Below are positions 25,396 through 27,171 of a DNA stretch of 27,171 bases, piece by piece. The DNA comes from a virus (lineage: Duplodnaviria > Caudoviricetes). The notes under the pieces are model-generated. The model was not told the DNA's origin. It ran no database searches and was given only the letters and a program-made list of their open reading frames with translations. The stretch lies in IMG/VR virus record IMGVR_UViG_3300037461_000212, positions 1 to 27,171 of that record. One strand, given 5' to 3'. Made by a program: the position numbers and the translations under genes. Numbering within the stretch: the first letter of the stretch is position 1; the number at the start of each line of letters is the position of its first letter.

Positions 25396-26105
25396 GCGAT
25401 CCCCCTTTCCCTGTTTATGTCCTCGCTCAACATCAGCATTTCCGCAAACGCCAAATCCGCCGGGGAGTTAATGTCCAGCCCCTCCCATCCCTCCGTGAAA
25501 AACGCCCTGATCGTCTTGCCGCTCACGTTGCCGTATTTCTCGACCGTCTCAACCCATGCGATATGGATGCAACCGTTCTGACAGTAGACAGGCCCAAGTG
25601 CCTGCGTCGGCATGTCGTATGCCGGAAATCCCTTGACCGTATCGTTCCTGTGATACGCCTCGAGGTATCCGTCCGCCACTTTCCAGCTTTTGCGCGGATG
25701 GTTGCACGTCGGGCCCACCGCCCGCATGCTGTCGCACTCCCTGTCGAAAAACGTATCCATCGCCCTCTTGATCGTTACAGCCGTCCTGAAGGGGCTGGTT
25801 GGCCTCAGGATCGCAAAACAGTCGAACCCCCGATACTTCCCAAAAGCATGCTTGACGAACTCAAAGTCGTGGCTTTCGTCCCTGCACAGCTTCGCCGGTC
25901 GGTTCAGCGCCCGCACCCCGTTCAACTTTGCCAACGTCAGGCACTCGTCCCAATTCGAGGTGACCACGATCTCGTCAAATACCTTGCTCTCCACCGCCCC
26001 GTCGATCGCGTATTGCAATAGGGGCTTGCCGTTAAGCATCGCCATGTTCTTGCCCGGGACCCGCTTGCTTCCCGAACGCGCCGGGATCAGTCCGAGGATT
26101 TTCAT
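25392..26105 (-). CDS. neuA: Acylneuraminate (CMP-nonulosonate) cytidylyltransferase, NeuA/PseF/LegF family
   Basis: MKILGLIPARSGSKRVPGKN...GKPL...RP..L...LRPTSPFR...QNGCI...DIN...DL; start re-assigned to ATG 26105. The symbol is a family-level call. Confidence 0.93.
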   Translation of the reverse strand: MKILGLIPARSGSKRVPGKNMAMLNGKPLLQYAIDGAVESKVFDEIVVTSNWDECLTLAKLNGVRALNRPAKLCRDESHDFEFVKHAFGKYRGFDCFAILRPTSPFRTAVTIKRAMDTFFDRECDSMRAVGPTCNHPRKSWKVADGYLEAYHRNDTVKGFPAYDMPTQALGPVYCQNGCIHIAWVETVEKYGNVSGKTIRAFFTEGWEGLDINSPADLAFAEMLMLSEDINRERGIA

Positions 26106-26341
26106 TCTAAATCTCCCCAATCAGTACATTCCCTACAACACCATTGCCCTTGTTTATTTTTTCCTAACTCTGCTCCCGCCATCCAATGTCCACAGGATAA
26201 TTTGGTTTCGATCAGATAGCTGGTTCGTTCGATCTTCCATCGTCTATATTTATAGCCAGAATCTCTTACCAATGACTTTTCAATAATTCTTTTTCTTTGT
26301 TTTTCTGTAGGCCACGACCAACCGTATTTTACTCTGTTCAT
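26102..26341 (-). CDS. Small hypothetical protein with possible Zn-ribbon (LSCGH...CCREC)
   Basis: ATG 26341 overlaps the SDR stop (ATGA) and its stop overlaps the neuA start; AT-richer than neighbours. Confidence 0.5.
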   Translation of the reverse strand: MNRVKYGWSWPTEKQRKRIIEKSLVRDSGYKYRRWKIERTSYLIETKLSCGHWMAGAELGKNKQGQWCCRECTDWGDLE

Positions 26342-27045
26342 AGTGCCACATACCCCCCATCTACCAGAACCGTTTGCCCCGCGAACTCCGGGCATTCCAC
26401 CGCGAACCGCATCGCCGCCTTCAACGATTCCCTGCTCACCGCCCGACCCATTGGAACATTCTTGAGAAAATTGTCCAGAAACTCCTTCGGTATCTTGCCT
26501 CCGTCATAAGGCCCGAACGCGATACAGCACGCCCTGATCCCGTGCCGTCCGTACTGCACCGTGAGGCTCCGAACGTACTGCATCAGCGCCGCCTTGCTCA
26601 AATTATATCCAATTGGCTTCTCAAAATTACCCGCGTAATTTCTCCAATCGGCCCCAATGAACCCCTGGATCGATCCGATCGCGATGATCGTCCCCTTGCC
26701 CCGTTCGATCATGGCCGGCAGGAATGCCTCGACCGTGTAAAGCGCCCCCATCAGGTTGACCTGGAGGATGTTGGCAGCGTTCCCGTGGAACGTCGCCGCC
26801 GATCCCGGCGGGTTGTCGATCGCCGCGTTGAGCACCAGCACCTCAGGGATGCCGTCGTGCCTGAAGCAGTTGGCCGCAGCGAGAAGCACCGACTCTTTTT
26901 TACCCACGTCATACGGCGGCTGGTTGATTCCGAACACCTCGTATCCCATATCCAGCGCAAGCGTTTCCACCCACACCGGGCCCAGCTGCCCCGATGTCCC
27001 CGTCACCACCGCCACCTTGCGATCATCTTGGATCATAAGTTTCAC
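26338..27045 (-). CDS. SDR-family oxidoreductase resembling PtmA-type SDRs of nonulosonate clusters
   Basis: VVTGTSGQLG; LNAAID; IGSIQG...NY...EKPIGYNLSKAA (YxxxK); EFLDNF..NVPMGR; GQTVLVDGG. Confidence 0.85.
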   Translation of the reverse strand: MKLMIQDDRKVAVVTGTSGQLGPVWVETLALDMGYEVFGINQPPYDVGKKESVLLAAANCFRHDGIPEVLVLNAAIDNPPGSAATFHGNAANILQVNLMGALYTVEAFLPAMIERGKGTIIAIGSIQGFIGADWRNYAGNFEKPIGYNLSKAALMQYVRSLTVQYGRHGIRACCIAFGPYDGGKIPKEFLDNFLKNVPMGRAVSRESLKAAMRFAVECPEFAGQTVLVDGGYVAL

Positions 27046-27171
27046 CCCTTAAGGAACTTTATCAATTCATTAAAGATCATTATCCAAGTATGTGCAGCTT
27101 CTAATGTCTCTTTGGCTTGATCAGGACTTTTTGGCGATCCATAGAGAGATCCAAAATTTTCGCGGAACTCT
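27042..27171 (-). CDS. C-terminal end of an upstream hypothetical protein (partial)
   Basis: Open frame EFRENFGSLYGSPKSPDQAKETLEAAHTWIMIFNELIKFLKG* whose TGA overlaps the SDR GTG start. Confidence 0.4.
   Translation of the reverse strand, partial: EFRENFGSLYGSPKSPDQAKETLEAAHTWIMIFNELIKFLKG

Noticed and set aside
896-27120. Numerous plus-strand ORFs in the track (e.g. 24676..25581, 23987..24745, 26374..27120, 13976..14608)
   Set aside because: They lie antisense to well-supported minus-strand genes, have no recognisable motifs and are expected shadow ORFs in GC-rich coding DNA.

Overview
A contiguous, almost entirely minus-strand late region of an HK97-fold, long-tailed (siphovirus-type) phage or prophage. 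Reading in the direction of transcription (right to left): a sugar-modification cluster (PtmA-like SDR, small Cys-rich ORF, NeuA-like CMP-nonulosonate synthetase, Maf/GT42-like putative transferase, FkbM methyltransferase), a small HTH protein and a lipoprotein; then portal, prohead protease, major capsid protein, a Ser/Thr/Ala-rich probable decoration protein and a SECOND copy of the putative transferase inside the head module; then neck genes, two tandem paralogous tail-tube genes, tail assembly chaperones with an A9 -1 frameshift site, tape measure, an 805-aa distal-tail-position protein with an Asp-box propeller, and a tail tip/hub protein. Downstream lies an unusual cassette in which five of six consecutive genes carry lipoprotein or Sec signal peptides, with a papain/transglutaminase-like Cys protease between two paralogous lipoproteins. 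A repeat-rich fibre gene missing from the ORF track runs off the left edge. No terminase, lysis or integrase genes are visible in the window. The two most interesting candidate systems are (1) phage-encoded nonulosonic-acid glycosylation of the virion and (2) an exported, disulfide-rich adhesin/fibre module encoded in the tail region. All product calls rest on motif recognition and gene order by eye; no database searches were run.
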